Assembly (NCBI GenBank): GCA_965207455.1
Contig: CBDBMJ010000001.1
Span: 1,536,001-1,600,000, forward strand
Direction of reading: 5' to 3'
Origin: Bdellovibrionota bacterium
GTDB lineage: Bacteria > Bdellovibrionota > UBA1018 > CAIPTA01 > JAALKR01
Length of the DNA: 64,000 nt
Shown piece after piece: positions 62,154 through 64,000 of the stretch; positions within the stretch are counted from its first letter, which is position 1, and each line of letters opens with the position of its first letter. Made by a program: the position numbers and the translations under genes. The notes under the pieces are model-generated. The model had not been told where the DNA came from, made no database searches, and worked only from the letters and a program-made list of their open reading frames with translations.

Positions 62154-64000
62154 TTAATATAAGGGCTTTCCCTTGTCTTTTCCCTGCATAATAATCCCAT
62201 TTTCGATGAGACCCCCAATGAGTGTTGAATTGACATGCACAGTTTTGGAAGATAATTTTTTCTTCAGTACCCGATCCGTTCCGTATAAATATTTAAACAC
62301 GGCTTCAAAGGTTTCCTGTAGGATTTGAATATCGTCATATTTTTTATATTTTTTATCGGGCCAGTGGATAGCTAAAAAGGAGCCAAAACGATCCTGTAGA
62401 TCCAATGTATTTATATCTGCCGTATCGTAGCCGACTAAATGGAAGCAATCTTTTGTTAGGTGGGGTCCATGGTCTCCATTAATGATGATAATGGAATCGC
62501 GGTTACTTTCTAAAATTGTATTGATGTCATTGCGCATTTCAATATTTGCTTTTTTTAACCTGTGATGAAATCTTTCTACTTCATCGGGAAGGCAGGCTCC
62601 AGAGTTTTGGCTATGGTAGGGACCTGTGTGGGTGTGTAGGAATTTGGGTTGTGTTGTTTGTGCCCCCATAATTTTTCTTTTTTTCTGGATCCATTCTTCT
62701 TTGGTGTATTCCTTAAAGTCATCCATAATGTCGAATTTAAACCGTTGTGTTTGCAAGCCCCTGAGTAGTATTTCATGACCTTTTGTGGCTTTTTTGAATT
62801 CCGGGAAAAAATAATCATAGGCATTTTTTGCTTCCAGTACAAAATAATCTCCTAGAACAGCGTACGTTTTGTAGCCTTGTTTTTTTAAGGTGCTTACCGT
62901 TAAGCTATCTCCTGCCATAACTCTTCGATCCTTCACTGATGGCGATCTACTAATATCCAAAACTCCAGCCATTGATACCAATGTGCTCACGCCCAGTGAG
63001 TATGTTTTAGGGTAGATTACAAAATTATTGGATCGCAGGAAATCTTCTTGGTCTTTATTATTGATGCCATATTGAAGCATAATTTGATTCTGTACATAGG
63101 CATCGTAGGTTAATAAATAAATATCTGGTTTCTTTTTGAGTTCTCCTTTCGGTAGAAAGTAGTCGTATGATCGGACTGACGTTTCACTGATGCGGTGGGT
63201 GGCATTTTCCGACCTCATGTACGCATATATGCTATTGACGGAAAAATAAAGCATCGCCAAAAAGAATAGTAAGGATCGGAATTTCGAGCGCAAGTAGAAA
63301 AGAATGGCACTAATGGTGGCAAAAATAGCAAAAGGCAATAAGCGGTCCGGTTTCTCTACCCAATGGAAGGAATGGGAAAAAATGGGTAGGGAAGCATAAA
63401 GGTATAGTAGGGATATACTAAGGGGCACTAATAAGGACACACCCACATAGCGTTGTAAAAAAATGGGAATGATAACCGCAATGATCAAAGCTATGGATAG
63501 GGTAGCGATTAAAAATAGGAAAATTTCTGAAACTTTCAGTATATCTCTATTGTAGATAATATATTGTACTATGGGAGCCATGGGGATCAGTAATAAGGAA
63601 AGGTCTCGCCAACCATAGTTTTGATGGGGTAATTTTATCTCTTGGTTGAGTTTCTGGATTTCATTCCATTTATTTTTATACCGAGCCCATACATAAAAAA
63701 CAAATGCTAGGGCAATGGGTATGGCAAGAAATCTAACCGTGTCTTTTACTAGGCATTGACCAATGAGACCAATTCCCAAAAGATGTTGTATGGATAGTGA
63801 GTAGATAATGATGATGAGTAAGGGAACAACAAATTCTGCTCTCGCAATAAAGGCAGCATTTCTCCAGAGTGATTTGAGTTTTTCCCGTTCTTTTACGAAT
63901 GGGTATTGGCAGATATTTTTTACTAAAAAAATAAAATTATTAGTTGTCCAGTACAGGATTATGCCTGAGGGAGCGTTGTACAGGAGAAAGAAAAAAAGGA
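62154..64000 (-). CDS. Partial membrane protein: YidC/Oxa1-like segment, TM region and sulfatase/alkaline-phosphatase-like domain (5' end outside the window)
   Basis: The frame stays open from 63998; it reads LFFFLLYNAPSGIILYWTTNN (YidC TM5-6 signature) and later PDIYLLTYDAY, T..S, PYH and GDHG. Confidence 0.75.
   Translation of the reverse strand, partial: LFFFLLYNAPSGIILYWTTNNFIFLVKNICQYPFVKEREKLKSLWRNAAFIARAEFVVPLLIIIIYSLSIQHLLGIGLIGQCLVKDTVRFLAIPIALAFVFYVWARYKNKWNEIQKLNQEIKLPHQNYGWRDLSLLLIPMAPIVQYIIYNRDILKVSEIFLFLIATLSIALIIAVIIPIFLQRYVGVSLLVPLSISLLYLYASLPIFSHSFHWVEKPDRLLPFAIFATISAILFYLRSKFRSLLFFLAMLYFSVNSIYAYMRSENATHRISETSVRSYDYFLPKGELKKKPDIYLLTYDAYVQNQIMLQYGINNKDQEDFLRSNNFVIYPKTYSLGVSTLVSMAGVLDISRSPSVKDRRVMAGDSLTVSTLKKQGYKTYAVLGDYFVLEAKNAYDYFFPEFKKATKGHEILLRGLQTQRFKFDIMDDFKEYTKEEWIQKKRKIMGAQTTQPKFLHTHTGPYHSQNSGACLPDEVERFHHRLKKANIEMRNDINTILESNRDSIIIINGDHGPHLTKDCFHLVGYDTADINTLDLQDRFGSFLAIHWPDKKYKKYDDIQILQETFEAVFKYLYGTDRVLKKKLSSKTVHVNSTLIGGLIENGIIMQGKDKGKPLY

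Noticed and set aside
681..62842. Many short alternative-frame ORFs in the ORF track
   Set aside because: They overlap well-supported genes and show no recognisable motifs.

Overview
Chromosomal window from a Gram-negative bacterium, probably Bdellovibrionota or deltaproteobacterial (inferred from the spd-type EF-G, solitary PrkA and gene neighbourhoods). Most of it is housekeeping: an M16 peptidase pair, lon, infA, galU, priA, lepB, lptG-def-fmt-rpe-hutHUI, citrate synthase, bolA, fusA, dsbD, an HD hydrolase, pduO, prkA, an ABC transporter, prc, smpB, rsmA, tsaD, prs-pth-ychF, greA and recG, plus tRNA-Val(TAC) and tRNA-His(GTG). Three AT-rich accessory patches interrupt it. After tRNA-Val there are nested IS remnants and a Sel1-repeat gene. 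After hutI there is an orphan secreted gene flanked by copies of the last 25 bp of hutI, a scrambled Flp/TadE-like prepilin remnant, and TPR and S8 protease genes that are each frameshifted in an A-run. After tRNA-His there are orphan secreted genes. The most interesting observations are: a pair of paralogous 12-Cys lipoproteins next to dsbD; a histone-H1-like protein with a tandem N-terminal module; a YidC-like/sulfatase-like fusion running off the right edge; and three sigma28-like promoters, one of them in front of fusA. I saw no CRISPR array, integrase or recognisable defence system. All calls come from reading motifs by eye; no database searches were run.
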